The notes beneath the pieces are model-generated. The model was not told the DNA's origin. It made no database searches and saw nothing but the letters and a program-made list of their open reading frames with translations. Below, piece by piece: positions 50,854 to 64,000 of a stretch of 64,000 bases of DNA (positions within the stretch are counted from its first letter, which is position 1; each line of letters begins with the position of its first letter). This DNA comes from Microbotryum violaceum (lineage: Eukaryota), in contig CDLV01000014.1 in the NCBI GenBank assembly GCA_001244265.2, positions 372,001 to 436,000 of the forward strand, read 5' to 3'. The translations under genes and the position numbers were made by a program.

Positions 50854-52609
50854 ATGACCTCGACCCCCACCAACGGATCGACCTCGACCTCGCTCTCGTC
50901 CTCGACGGTGCCCATCACTCCAACTACGCGATACTCGGCCGAGATCGCGCAGATGTTGTTCGTTCTGGGAAGACGAGCGGATGTGGACCGTGATTTGGAT
51001 GAGGAGGTGTTGGTCTACCTCGAACAGATCGTCCAGTCCCAGTTGGTGGACATGGTACGCACACTATGATCGTCCTCGTTTTGGCTGCATCAAATGCTGA
51101 TCAGCTCTTTTGTATTCCCCTGGAATCAGGTGACCGAAGCTCGTTCGCTTGCGGCCCGTCGCGTCGGTTCAACTTCCTCCGGAACAGGTTTAGGATCCAG
51201 TTCGACGCGTCAACTCCAGGTCGACGATCTCATGTTCCTCATTCGTCATGATGCGACCAAGTTGAATAGGCTCAAGATGTATTTGGGCTGGAAGGACGTG
51301 CGTAAAAAGTTCAAAGAGTCCGATCAGGATGATGAGCCCGAAGTCATGGATGAACCGGTCGCCGTGGCAGGTGAGTAGGCTCAGCGAGAAGAAAAACTCT
51401 ACCGATACATAGGCGCACTAAATGATTGGTGGACAGACCGATCAACTTCTGAACGAGCGTACCGAGTGCCGAACAAGGGCATCAAGTTGCCCTGGGAGAT
51501 CACGACCATCTACGGCGACTGCTTGCCCGAAACTTCCGAAGACGAGGACGCCCATTCCGAACTCACGCGTGAGATGAAGAAACAGTTGGAGGTGAGCTTG
51601 GTGATGCAGCTGGTTTCGAACTTGTAAAAGGAACTGGATCGTTAACCCGCAGTGGCTTGTGGCCCCCACCCCTCCGAGCAGCATGCGGACGAATTGACCA
51701 AATACATGAGCAAGGACGAGTACAACTTCTACACCGAGTGTCGTCACGCATCGTTTGTCTACAAAAAAGGTAACTCAATCCTCTGACGTCCTCTTAGCCC
51801 ATTCTTCACTCGCTGACACCCCCCCCCCCCCCCCTCTTGTCCCTCCCTTCTTCGATGCACCAGGCAAGAAATTCCGTGAATTTCTCAACCTCGGCATAGT
51901 GATCGAATCGACCTTAACCGACGACGTCTTAGACGTTCTCGGTTTCCTAGCATTCGAAATCATTCGAACGATCTCGGAGGCCGGTTTGGAGTTGAGGAAG
52001 ATTGTGACGCTTGCTAGGGCGGAGAATGCGTTGAGGTTGTTGAGGAGGGAGAAAGAGGAGGAAAGGGGGAGGAGGGAGGAGGAAGGGGAGGGGAAAGGGA
52101 AGATCGAGGGGGAAAATAAAAAGGGGTTCAAAGGGAAGGGTCCGAAGGAGGAGGGCATGGTGGTGGATGGGACGGAAGGGTGCGAGGAAGAATCGAAGAT
52201 GGATCCACCGCCTGTTTCACCTAGTAAACGACAGCGCAAGATCGAGGGATCCACATCCACACCCAACGCCAGAGAATCGACTGACACAAAAGATGCTCTG
52301 ACAAAATCGGCCTCGACCTCGTCCCCACCTCGACCATACAGTATCCCCACAGGGCTATTCTCCGCCCCGCCAGAACCCGTTTCAAAATCTTCCCTGGTCA
52401 CCACTCCAGGAGGAACTCATCGTCTAGGAGCCAAACAGATAGTTCAAGCTCTCGTAGGGGAAGTTGCGACGAAGGAGAGACAAGCCTTACAATGGGGGGA
52501 TGTACATGGTGGGGTTGAGGCATGGCAGAGGGGGAGGAATGGGCTCAAGAAGAGTGGGATGGGGAATTGGAGAGCAGGGGTGCAGAGGGTGCCTTCGAGG
52601 TTCTTCTAG
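50854..52609 (+). CDS. SPT3: SAGA complex subunit Spt3 (histone-fold, TFIID-18kDa family)
   Basis: YSAEIAQMLFVLG, DDLMFLIRHDATKLNRLKMYLGWKDVRK, ADELTKYMSKDEYNFYTECRHASFVYKK|GKKFREFL, DVLGFLAFE. Confidence 0.92.
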
Positions 52610-52831
52610 AGAGGCGGTCTAGGGGTGCCGACCTTGTTGTAATGAGGTGTGTTAACCCTGTTGTAATTGAGATTGGAAAGCATGGCTCACTCTTGGGCGA
52701 TTGATCGAACGGAGAGGCGCATCTGGGTATACAACAGAGCTAGCGATTGCCCGAGTGCGAAGAACGCAAAAACAACCGAGGAAGGTACCCAAACGCATAC
52801 ATGCACGCTATTACAACTAAGCATTCACATG

Positions 52832-55800
52832 CTAAGCCTCATCCACCTCCATACCCCTCTCCCGACCCCCGCTCGCCGAAGTTTTCTCCACCTGTTCCCG
52901 AATCAAACTGGCCGTCCTCGGTTCTAAATCCTGCGCCATCCCGAAATGCTTCAACATCTCGCTTTTCCTCCCCAACACCTTGTACAACTTTCCCAACAAG
53001 AAATGTACGTTGAACTCGTTCGGCGCACGGTTCTTGAGCGTCAAGAGATCGGCTTCGGCTTCTTCGTAGCGTTTGAAATGGAGGAGGATCCGCACGCGTT
53101 TGAATCGAACGGCCGCAGATTCGGGGGCCAGCAGGCAGGCTTTTTCGTAAATCTCCAAGGCGTCTTTCCTCCTGCCTAACTTTTCCAAGACGGAACCGAC
53201 ACAGGCCAACAAGGTCGCGTTCGTAGGGTTGATGGCCATCGCGTGACGGAAGTGGTATTCGGCTAAACGGTATTTGCCCGTTTGTAAGTAGACGTTCCCC
53301 AGTCCAAACCAGGCGTTGTAGTGTCGTCGATCACGACGAACGGCATCCCTGAAAAAAACGAGCGCCGTCTCCCATTCTTCGAGCATGACGCATTCGTGAC
53401 CTGATAGAGTATAGGCGTAAACGCAGTTGGGATCGAGTTGGACGGCGCGTTTGAAGCATTGTAGGGCCGAGCCGTGGTCTTCGAGATGGGAGAAGACGTT
53501 TCCCGAGGCGATCCAGGCGACGGAAGATCGAGGGGCGATGAGCATCAAATCTTGCGCGAGGAAAGAAAGGGAGGTCGAGAGGCGGAGATGCCATAAGAGA
53601 GTCGAGTAGAGCTCCATCGAATCGAGTAGATGGGGCGCAACTTGACGGGCTTGCGAGAATGCCTTTTCGGCCTGTGCGCATGGTCGTGGTATCCAGGTTA
53701 GATTCCGCAAACCTCCTGCCGAGTGTGACGGAAAAAAAAACGCACCTTTTCATAATTCAACAACTCCAAATGCGCTTTGGCAATCCCGACCAAACACCGC
53801 CATGTCCTCTGCTGCTCCACAGGTAACAACAACAACGCCTCGATCGTCTTGGCGCTTTCAAACTTGGCCGCGTTCGTCGCCGCACTGGCGAAACACCTCA
53901 AGAGATGGGCGACGTAATCCTCGGCTTCTTGCGTTGCCGCATCGAGGATCGAGGCTGGTTGCACTGATGTCGAAGCCGGCGGCGGATGCATTGTAGCACC
54001 AGGTGACGAAGGAGCCGGAGAAGAAGACGTTATCGAAGGAGGGGAGAGGGCTTCTGATCCCGGATCGGAAAGGACCGACGGTCCCGCCCCAGCTTTATTC
54101 CGTTTCTTATCCCTCGCTGCTGCACTGCGCGTCGTCGCTGCGCCTCCACCATTCGCACTCAATTGAGATCGAGTCAAGGCCATGCTGACTGATCCACCTC
54201 CTGTGATACCATTCGAGGAGCCTTGATCGCGAGAAAGGCGAGATGAGCGACGCGTTGCAGGTGCTGCGTTGGCTCCGGTCGAGCCGTCGCGTCGATATTT
54301 GGAGCCCGTTTCGACTGTGACAGTTGGAATCGAGAGAGCTCCTCGTGCAACACGTTTCGATGGAGCGGCATTCGTCAGGGCGGCGGATCGCATGTCCTCG
54401 TCTCCGCCATTGTTGGGGGTCGTCAGAGCTGTGGGCGCTGCATTCAGTGTTTGGGCCTGAGCGCCTCCTCGAGTTCGCTTGACGCCGGGTGCGACGGTGT
54501 TCGGGGCAATGCTGACTACCGTGGGTGGCGTAAAGAGTGAGTTGGAAGACGAGGCATGTGCGTGGGCGTTGTTTTGTAGGTTGAAGGGTTGTGGGTAGAA
54601 CGACGTGTCGGAAGAGCTGAAAGGGGGGCAAAGTGACAAAAGTCAGTCCCCGTTCGGCAGAGCCACGACACGACCGGCCGTGGATTATTCACCTGTCCTC
54701 TATACTTGTTTCCGAGATATCAGCTGCCATTTGAGCCCTTCCCTTCCTCCAAATACTCGACACCGCCGCCACACCGGGCCCGAATCCAAACAAACCCCCT
54801 CGTTCCGGTTTAGCGTCTTTGCCCTTGGCGCCTGCACCACCCCCAACCTGAGAAACCGCGGCATCCCCTGGTGTGAAGAATCCACCCGATGAGGTGGCTT
54901 TGTTGGCCGCGGCGTTGTTGAAGGTGAAAGCCGAGTTGATGGTCGAAGATTGACTAGGGCCGAGCGGAGCCGGATGACTTGGATGGGCCGAGAGAGGGGG
55001 CCGGGACGGCTGGGCGTGCGCGTTGTTATTCCCGCTCGAGCTCAGCATGGGGGCGATGGGGATCGAAGCTGGGGCTGACCGAACGGTTCGGATTGGTCGA
55101 GGTGGGTACAGGACGTCGGGGTCGGGTGGCGCTCCTTCGGCGCAGAGCCCTTCGAGCGCTTCCCAGCACCACGGGTTTTTGTTGAGTGCCTTGCGGTACG
55201 ATTGAATCGCCCTTTCGTGTTCCCCCGATTGCCTCGCTAGCCTGGCCATTTCGAGATCGATAACGTAGGTCGGATCGGATGAGGAGCTGGATATACTCGG
55301 CAGGGACACGGCGGCGTGCAAGGCGGCTTCCGTGGCCGGATCGGGTTGAACGAGCGGCTGGGTGGTCGACACGATCTTGGCCAAGACGTCGCGTGACTCG
55401 CGATGTCGATCGACTTTGGAGCAGGTCGACGCGTACAACCTCGCACAACGTAGACTGCAATCGATCGAAGGACGGGACAATCGCATGTGCACCGGCCATC
55501 TCCTCGAGGCGTGGTAACCGGCAATCGGGTTGGGCATGCTCGTGCTGTTGAACGGATCGACTGGGTGGGTGTGTTCGAGTGGGTGGAAGCTGACGGGTTG
55601 TCGTAGGAGCCATATCGCTTCGTGGTGGCGCTGGTTGTGCGCGAGCACGAACGCGTACAGATACACGCTCGGTTCGGTGCTTGGGTCGAGCGCGTGCAGC
55701 CGTTCGGCAAAGAAGAGCGCCGACGCCGCCGAGTGAGGCAGCGATGATAGGACCAACTGACGCAGCAGGCTCTGACGGTGGGCCAGATTGTTCATGGCTG

Positions 55801-55867
55801 TGGTAGGAATGGCGTTGAGGTGGGTGGCGGGGTTGTGGGCGTGGGCGTGGATGTTCGTGGAGGCCAT
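52832..55867 (-). CDS. CDC27: Anaphase-promoting complex subunit Cdc27/Apc3 (TPR)
   Basis: SALFFAERLHA, ALNKNPWCWEALEGLC, MELYSTLLWHL, WIASGNVFS, YAYTLSGHE, RHYNAWFGLG; long TPR array. Confidence 0.93.
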
Positions 55868-57504
55868 GTTTGTCGCGAGAGGCGCGCCAGAGATAAACTC
55901 GTGCGGGGGGACTGCTCGGCGCTGCTCGGGGGCCAACCGGAAAAGGCAGGGATAGTAGGCTACGATTAAAATAGACAACTACGGACAAAAGGAAGAGAGA
56001 CAAGCGCGCCTTGCTTCTGCCAGGTCTGGGCAAAATTGCGCCCCGGCCTGCCCCGGGATTGGTCAGCGCCAGGCGCGCGCCAGGCCGTGCAGTGGTGACT
56101 GGTGAACTCCGAGCGATCGCTCCTTGCAAGGAATCTCCACATGATGATCCACCGAGGATTCAAAAAAGGTCGAGAGATGACCCGATAAACAGCAGCAAAA
56201 TTTTGCGATAGTCAACAAGATGACGCACGATGATAAGCGATGATGATGATGATGCTCATTAAAGATGCAGTGATCGAGGACGGCACCGGCTGCATAGGGG
56301 GCTATCGCTGTACATTGGTACATTGGTACTTCATAGTAGTGTTGATAAGGGTTCTATACGAGTATGGATTTGATAATCTGTGCCTACTCCGAAGGTGTTT
56401 GGTCGCTCGGGGAGCCTGAGCCTCACGTGTCCTCCAATCGATTCACCCCTGGCAGGTTCTCGTCAAGTCTCGCACAGGTATTCATCGCTGACTGATCATG
56501 CGACATAGTGTCTCGTTGATCACGTCCCGCGGATTGTGGTCTTCGCGCTGCTTGTCTACCTCGGTTGGCCGCCCACTCGATCGGCGGTGGCGGTGGGTTC
56601 GCGACGACGCAGGTCGCAGGAGGCCGATTCAATCCGAGCGTGTACGACGGTGCGTCCTTGTGCGATATCGTGCAGGAGGTGTCGGAATAAGTCGGACAGG
56701 AATAGACATGTTATGGACCCTTATGCACATGTATACAGGGCGGTAGAAGCCGGACGGCTGCCAGCGACGGCGACCCAATCCGCAATCTGAGCCGGTTTCG
56801 CACCGAGTGGGGGTGGGGGCGGTCGGGGGCCCAAGAGTCAAGAGTGGAGGACGGCGAGGTCGAGGGATGTACCGTCGAGCTGGACGAGCTCGAACGCATT
56901 ACCACGAACGAGCTTGGGAGGTGGTGACGATGATGTGCACCACGCGTCGCCATCGCTTGCTCGCCATTGCGTTTTGTGGTCCGACGATGGTCGAGGTTCA
57001 AGAGTTGAGCGGCTGAGGCGAGGCCGACACGCCGCTTAACAAGGCAAACGAACGCGTATTACTACTCGACCGCTGCCACGTCGCCGGCCGGTGAGAACGA
57101 AAAACAAGCTCGGGCCTCCTGGGGTAGACATGGCTTCTGGGGCGATGCATATTGTGCGAAGTCATTCTAAGCCGTAAAGGATGCGATAAATATGCCTCGC
57201 AACACGATCTAGAAAAGGTCGGTGTGATCGCACGTGATGATCCGGCCCGTATCCCCGCGCGCCACCCTAGGCCTGGCGAGATTGGGCTTGGCTCTGGCTG
57301 GCTGAGAGGCTCAGAGGCTCAGAGGCGACATTTTGACTCGGTCAGAAAAGTCTCGACGGCTCGACACGGAAGGGAGACGGCCTCGCTCCGGCTCTCCCTT
57401 TCCTCTCTGTCCCATTCCCATTACTTCTTCTCGCCCATCTCTCAGTACTCGTACACCCACCCAACGTACAGCCACTGACTAAGCCTCCTACTCTCCCAAC
57501 GACC

Positions 57505-59590
57505 ATGTGCGGTATCTTTGCGGCGCATGCCTATGGCAAGCAGGACCTGCCTGCATTCCGCTCTCGCGCCGTCGTTAGTCTCTTGGCAGCCCATAGCTTC
57601 CTTCAACGAGTGCCTTGGGGGAGCAGCACCTTACTTACCTTCGCTGCTTCCACCCCGCAGGCCCTCTCGAAGCGGTTGCGTCACCGTGGACCGGACTGGA
57701 GTGGATGCAAGATGACCGACGACAGCATCCTCGTCCACGAGCGATTGGCCATCGTTGGAGTGGGTGAGTCCGGAGGAGAGCCCCGGACTGGCCCCGTACT
57801 TACGACTTCTGCTATGCTTCAACCAGACACGGGCGCTCAACCCATCACCAACGAGGACGAGACCTTGATCCTGGCCGTCAACGGCGAGATTTACAACCAC
57901 CGAGCATTGCGCAAACAGCTCAAGAACCCCAACGCAAAGTTCAAGACTCACTCGGATTGCGAGGTCATCATGCACTTGGTCAGTGTCTATCTCGATCTGG
58001 GGGATTCGCGTTATCTCGTACGGCCCAAAAGCCGAGCTGGATCGAGCAGCACATTCGGCTGACCAACCCGCCCGATCCTTCCTCCCTGCCCAGTACAAGG
58101 AACACGATACGGCTCTGTGCTCGATGCTCGACGGCATGTTCTCCTTCGTCCTGCTCGACAACTCCGTCACCCCCTCGCGCATGATCGCCGCGCGTGACCC
58201 GATCGGAATCACCACACTCTATCAAGGCTGGAACTCGAAGCGTCCCGGCTGCGTCTACTTTGCGTCCGAGCTCAAGGCCTTGCACGACGAGTGCGACGAG
58301 ATCGTCTCCTTCCCCCCTGGCCACGTCTACGACTCCAAGACGGGAAAGACCGAACGGTACTACCAACCTTCGTGGTGGGATTCGGACGTCCAAGCCGACA
58401 AGGCCCCGACGAAAGTGGCCGACCTCAAGGCCATTCGCGAAACGCTTGAGAAAGCCGTCAAGAAACGTCTCATGTCCGAAGTTCCTTATGGCGTCTTGCT
58501 TTCCGGCGGTCTTGATTCGTCCTTGATTGCGGCTATCGCGGCGAGGGAAACGGACAAGGTCGCCGCGGCGCAGAACCACTCGAGGGATTTGTCCCGTGGC
58601 CGTTCGGCACCCGCTGGGCAAAAGAACAAGGGTGGACTCGTCGGAATTGACGAGGATAGCAAGGACGAGGTCGAGACGCTGACCGCTTGGCCTCGCTTGC
58701 ACTCGTTCTCGATTGGGTTGGAGGGGTCGCCCGACTTGATGGCCGCTCGCGTCGCGGCCGATTACCTCGGAACCTTCCACCATGAGTACACCTTCACGGT
58801 CGAGGAAGGCTTGGACGCCGTCGAGGACGTCATTTACCACCTCGAGACGTACGATGTCACGACCGTTCGCGCCTCGACGCCCATGTACCTCCTTTCGCGT
58901 AAGATCAAAGCCATGGGCGTCAAGATGGTCCTTTCCGGTGAAGGGTCGGACGAGATCTTTGGTGGTTACCTCTACTTCCACGCCGCTCCTTCGCCATTGG
59001 ACTTCCACCAAGAATGCATCAAACGCGTCAAGAACCTCCATACCGCCGATTGTCTGCGCGCCAACAAATCGACCATGGCATGGGGACTCGAAGCGCGCGT
59101 GCCTTTCCTCGATAAGGAATTCCTTGAAGTGTCGCTCAACACCTGTGCGGAGGACAAGACCTTTTCCAAAGGCTCTCTCGAACAAAAAGATAAGGACGGT
59201 CGACCTATTATGGAGAAGTACATCCTGCGTAAAGCGTTCGACCTCTCGCCGGAAGAAGGGCGTCCTTACCTCCCCGATTCGATCCTTTGGCGTCAGAAGG
59301 AACAATTCTCCGATGGGGTCGGATACTCGTGGATCGATGGCTTGAAGGCGCATTCGGCCCAATCTGTGACGGATGAACAATTGGCCCAGGCGAAGGAGAG
59401 GTATCCGCTAGATACGCCCGAAACCAAGGAAGCGTACTTTATTAGACAGATCTTTGAATCCCACTTCCCGACCGATGCGGCGGCGAAGACCGCGGTCAGG
59501 TGGATTCCTAGGGCCGATTGGGGTTGCGCAGCTGATCCCTCCGGTCGAGCGGTCGCGATTCACGAGTCGGCTTATAACGCTGATGAATAG
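57505..59590 (+). CDS. ASN1: Glutamine-hydrolysing asparagine synthetase
   Basis: [83 protein letters not shown]. Confidence 0.97.
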
Positions 59591-59761
59591 AGGAGAAGGG
59601 AAGAAATTGAGGAAGGAGGAAACAACAAAAGAGTCTTCTTATGGGGCTTTCCTTGGTAGATAAACTTGAGTAGAATGCATATCTCTTTTCTTACATTTTG
59701 TCCTCCTACCTTTCGGTGTCTAGCTGAGCACGGGAAGTCCGAGAGCCAATCTATTGCCACT

Positions 59762-61332
59762 TTATAGTCTAGCCTTCCCTGGTCCATCCGAAGTCGATGG
59801 TGTCCCTTTCCCATCAACCTTCTCCAACCAACTCATGATCGAATTCACAGGTTCTTGGAAAGGCTTGGTATAGTTATGAGTCTCGCCTGGACAACATCTG
59901 AACGTTCGTCAGGATCCGAGTCGTCTGGTGAGAAATGCGAGATGGTGTTCACCTTCAACGATGGATAATGTGTGTGTCCCCGGGGAGCGTTGTGACAAAA
60001 TCTTATGGTACGAATACGCGTCTTGAACCGGGACGACCTAATTAACCCGGAATAAAGTATTCGTCAGCACATTGGGGAAAATATGTGACTTGCCACCGAA
60101 GGGAAAAGTTGACAATCGTACAGGATCAGCGGTCCCATGAACGGTGAGTACGTGCACGTCTTGTGGGAACGAGGCTTGGAGGTACGAATTGTCCCACGAG
60201 GCGAAAGCAATCACCTATTCGAAAGGGCCCCCAAAGTGTCAGTCTCAATACAGCCATGACGACCCCTGCTGCCTCGATCATCACAACCCTATCACTCACA
60301 TCCTCCCTCGTCACCCTCTGCGCAATATCCTTTCCTCTTACCCGAACTTTCCATAAATGTTCCCCCTTTTCCCAAAACTCTTCCCCGTACCGTTTATCGA
60401 CCATGATTCGACTCATATCGTAGCGTCCAGAGATGTTGATCCAGAGAGGGATGGGAGGATGCGGTCGTTTGGAGAGGTAGTAAGCGGAGAGCATGGAACC
60501 TGTGCGGTGGGTTGGGCAGGAGGAAGAGGGTTAGGTGGTGAAGGATTTTCATAAGGTACGCCTTCGGAGGGAGCGTACCTCGAGAGTGCGCGGCGACTAC
60601 AGGAGAATGGATCATCTTAGTACAGTATCCCGTTATCTTCAAAACCGAGCAATCTGCAGCTCACTCAAATGAATCCGGTACCCGTACTCCTTCTCCAAGT
60701 AAGCGATCACAACGGCCAAATCATCGGCATCGTCGCCAAAGTTGGCCATGCCCCATCTTCCTTCCGATTCACCTCCTTGAGCTGTCCAAAAAGCACGGAT
60801 TTTTTTCAGTATCTACCCGATTTGAAAGACCGAAGGGTATGTCGTGAGCTGGACCTACCCCGAAGATCATAGCGGAAGGAATCGAGCCCTCGTTCGGAGG
60901 CTAAGCGATCGGCCAAGAGTTTGTGGTACACCTAATCGATAGGGCAGACCAAGTTGTTAGACCAAGTAGATCAGGATGAACCTGAAGGGTCAGAAGGTGT
61001 CCTTGACGAACCTGGTCTTTATGAGCCATCACGCCATGAAGGATCTACACGTCGCCGAACGAATCATCATTTGTGTGTAGAGAGCATCGTGTCATACATT
61101 CCAGGTGAGTAACGTTTAGCCCAACGAGGATAACAATCCAGTAATGACCAACATCAGCTATCACAATCCCAGCCATCCATGGACTCATCCCCCACCTCGG
61201 AATGCAGCAACTCACCAAAGCGAGCTTCTGCTCCTTCGTCGACTCGGCCGGGTTCGCACGTTGTAAGATTCCTACGAGGTCCCCTTTGCCTTGATCTGGT
61301 ATCCTGATAGTGACCTGCGACATGTCTTGCAT
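59762..61332 (-). CDS. Alpha/beta hydrolase with C-terminal PTS1 (ARL)
   Basis: Spliced: ILHGVMAHKD, DSFRYDLR, IAAHSRG (nucleophile Ser), ISGRYDM, VHGTADP|VVPV (Asp), ETHNY (His); ends ...GPGKARL*; the start Met (61332 or 61323) is uncertain. Confidence 0.82.
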
Positions 61333-61602
61333 AGGTCCCAAAAAAGGAACCGAAGAGAGGTTGATGTTTGGTCATGTGGACTAAGGACAAGCGTGCCGAA
61401 CCTCCGCGGTCGGACTTCGACTTCGGACGTTCTGTGGAGGCCGGTTAGATCTGGTACCCGGCCCGCCGGCGACAGACACAGACCAGTCCGATTGACATTC
61501 ACATTCGATCGATCAGAACGGTTGCACTATCTACAACACCTCGAGAATCCTTCGTTCCCAAAAAATATTATGCAATCACTTTTTATTATGTGCCGACGCA
61601 AG

Positions 61603-64000
61603 TCAATACCAAATCAACCTCTGCACCCCCCTACTCAACCTCTCCGCAATAGTCGTATGACTCTTCGCCTCACTCAACGAAACAATATCCACCTCCTCGA
61701 TCCAGCCTTCCTTCCCTCCGTGACCCGATTCATCGCGTAGGATGGAAACGATATCGTCAACGATCGATTTGGCCGTCGTGGCCCCTCTTCCGTCGGTGCG
61801 AGATAATTTGAATATCCGTGAGGAGGCGTACCCATCGTCGGTTTTGATGACGTCGCGGCGGAGCGCTTTCAAAGCGATAAAGGCGATCTTGCTCGATGGT
61901 CCTGTTTCATTTGGACTGATGGGTGATAGTGGTGAAGGTGAAACGGCCAAGGGGGAAGAAGGGCCTGCCTCGTCGGTCCTGGCCGATGAAAGGGAAGCGG
62001 TTGAAGAGGTGCGCGCCTTTAATCGTAACGATTTGAGCGTGTAAGTCCGAACGCGTTCAATGACCGACGCTTCGGGGTAATGCACGACGAGCCCGTAGTT
62101 TTCTTCCGGATCCCGCGTCGTTGCGTCAAGGGCAGAGAGAATGTACGCCTGTGTTCAAAGTGCATCAGCAAAGCAAGACAGGGCCAAGCCAGACGCATCA
62201 AGTACCAAATGCTCACCCCCATGCGGATCGACGAGATATCCTCAAGCGCGATGCGGAGAAAGCTCGTCACTTTCTGCAGTGTAAACTCATACGAGACGAT
62301 GTACAACGCCCCCTTCGTCCCTGGCTTGGTGGTGATAAGCACGATCTTTTCTTCATACTTGCCGGCCGAACTTCTCAATGTATTCGGCTCGACGGGACTG
62401 AGCATACTCCATCCACCTAATCGTTCCTCACCAGGACTGAGGCAGTATTTCGTACTCGTTTCTATCGCCTCTTCGCGGATCTTGGCGAGGCGCAAGAGTT
62501 GTCCAGGGTCAGAGGTATCGAGGCGTTCCGAGAACTCTTGGAACGCATTGGGGTTCACGCCGAGGACGAAATCGAGAGTCGCTTGGCGGAAGAAATCAGT
62601 GACCGTCGATTGCAGCAATCGAGCGACCGAGTTGGACGCGTCGTTGACTGCTCCGAGCCAATTGCGTCGGCCTGTTCGGACGAAGTCGCCTTTGAGCGCC
62701 GAAGTACCGGCATACTGTGGGCCTCTCTAGGCCGGTCAGCATCGTCCGACTGGCTGAACTAAGATTGCTGAAGAATGACCCACCTCTCTTGAAATGGCAT
62801 CCCCATTGTCGGCAAACATGGTGTTGAAAGCCGTGTCGAGCCCATCATGGGTCGCCAACTCTTCCTGTGCGATGCCAAGATGGACCAAGTGCCGATTGAG
62901 GACGAATCGAGCGATAGCGGACTGGACGACGTTGGTGCGATCGAGGCAATCGATGCAATTCGTGCGAACGACCCCTTGTTGCGTCGAAAACACCTGATCG
63001 GTACCTTGATCGGTCGTCCAGAAGCATTGCATGTCCTCGAGGTCGGGTTGGACCTGCGTGATGAGTTTGCCAATGTTCTCGTATTTCATCCCTTTGGTCT
63101 CGTGGTGAAAGTCAAAGTAAACGTATTTGACCTTGTCCTCGGATTGGGTCAATTCGACCCCTTTCCGGAACGCCTCGACGACGACGCCTTCCTTGCCCGC
63201 CGCTTCGGCCAAGTTGACGACGACGACTTTGCCGTACAACTTGTTTTGGCTTTCAAAGTGCTTAACCAAGGCGGCGTTCCTGTCTTCCTCGGTTCGGTCG
63301 AGAACAGGTGCAGGCTTGAGAGCCCAAGGTGATTGTGACCAGTAGACGGGAATCGAGCCACGAGTTTGAACGAAAGAAGCGACGTGTTGCTTCGAGTCCC
63401 GCACGGCACCGACCAAGAACTCGGTCTCGACGGCATTGGCGACTTGACCGAGTGAGTTAACGCCGCGCCTCTGATATCGAAGCCCAGGTCGCTCGATCGA
63501 CCGCCGAGAGATGAGAACCATATCGAGCTCCACGTGGGAAGGGCCTTCGGAGTTACTGGGCGAAGCGAGCGTCGTGTAGGGTTGCAGTGGGACCGAAGCC
63601 GAGCTGTGGGCGACGAAACCTTGCTGAAGAACCAAGATGAAAGTATGCAGTCCGGCGTCGATGAAAGTCGACATGATGTGAGCGTTCCAAAAGAAGCGAC
63701 GATCGGCACGCCTCCACAGTGGCAGATGCGAGCTCGGCTCGACAAGACCAATCATTCCGCTGGGTCCGCTTTTGCCGTGAGTAGGGGAAGGTAGTCCAGC
63801 GACTACAAGCGAGGCTTCGTATTTGCGCTGGTGGGATCGCGTGATGTCGATGTCGTACGAGAAGGCCATGCCTCGCAGTGTCCGCATCGTCTCGGCGACA
63901 ATCTTGGCATCGAGCTCGGTCTGCGACCGAACCGTCTCGGCGTTGTCTCGATCGAAAACGGCAGAGGTCGACGCCTCGGCAAGTGCTACGACTTCCTTGC
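61603..64000 (-). CDS. SAC-domain phosphoinositide phosphatase with hSac2-type C-terminal domain (Sac2/INPP5F-like); the 5' part is outside the window
   Basis: FSYDIDITR, RFFWN, LISRRS, RRGV...VANAVETE, QTRGSIPVYWSQ, catalytic RTNCIDCLDRTNVVQ, YAGTSALKGDF, RQATLDFVLG. Confidence 0.9.

Noticed and set aside
56000-57400. Short ORFs and TGATGA box-C-like motifs between CDC27 and asparagine synthetase
   Set aside because: No consistent exon chain; the TGATGA is part of a (GAT)n microsatellite with no supported C/D snoRNA structure
57980-59380. 466-aa minus-strand ORF
   Set aside because: Antisense shadow of asparagine synthetase

Overview
Gene-dense, GC-rich, intron-rich eukaryotic DNA. The short GT/GC-AG introns with CTRAY branch points and the gene set point to a basidiomycete fungus, probably Pucciniomycotina/Microbotryomycetes-like (inference). 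About 23 protein-coding genes can be reconstructed by hand-splicing: PhoD-like phosphatase (partial), PWP1, a large S/P-rich protein, LEU4, an IRS4/TAX4-like EH protein, a Rap1-like telomere protein, C1-THF synthase, a TRM140/METTL2-type methyltransferase, an AA5_1 glyoxal oxidase, HOP1, NCA2, glutathione reductase, an ExoIII-family AP endonuclease, a SHLD2-like OB protein, a PQ-loop transporter, two tiny multi-exon genes, a C2H2 zinc-finger TF, SPT3, CDC27, asparagine synthetase, a PTS1-bearing alpha/beta hydrolase and a SAC-domain phosphatase (partial). No tRNA, rRNA, CRISPR array or transposase was recognised. The most striking observations are invisible to the ORF track: (1) two consecutive predicted single-nucleotide exons that, with the next exon, build one Ile codon in the glyoxal oxidase; (2) an 87-aa gene with an intron-split ATG that encodes a ubiquitin-tail-like RLKGG followed by a Cys-rich peptide ending in a CaaX box; (3) a micro-exon gene with a 6-nt exon; (4) a fungal SHLD2-like protein head-to-head with the AP endonuclease; (5) three GC-AG introns with identical GCAAGT donors. 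All exon structures are manual predictions and need RNA-seq confirmation.
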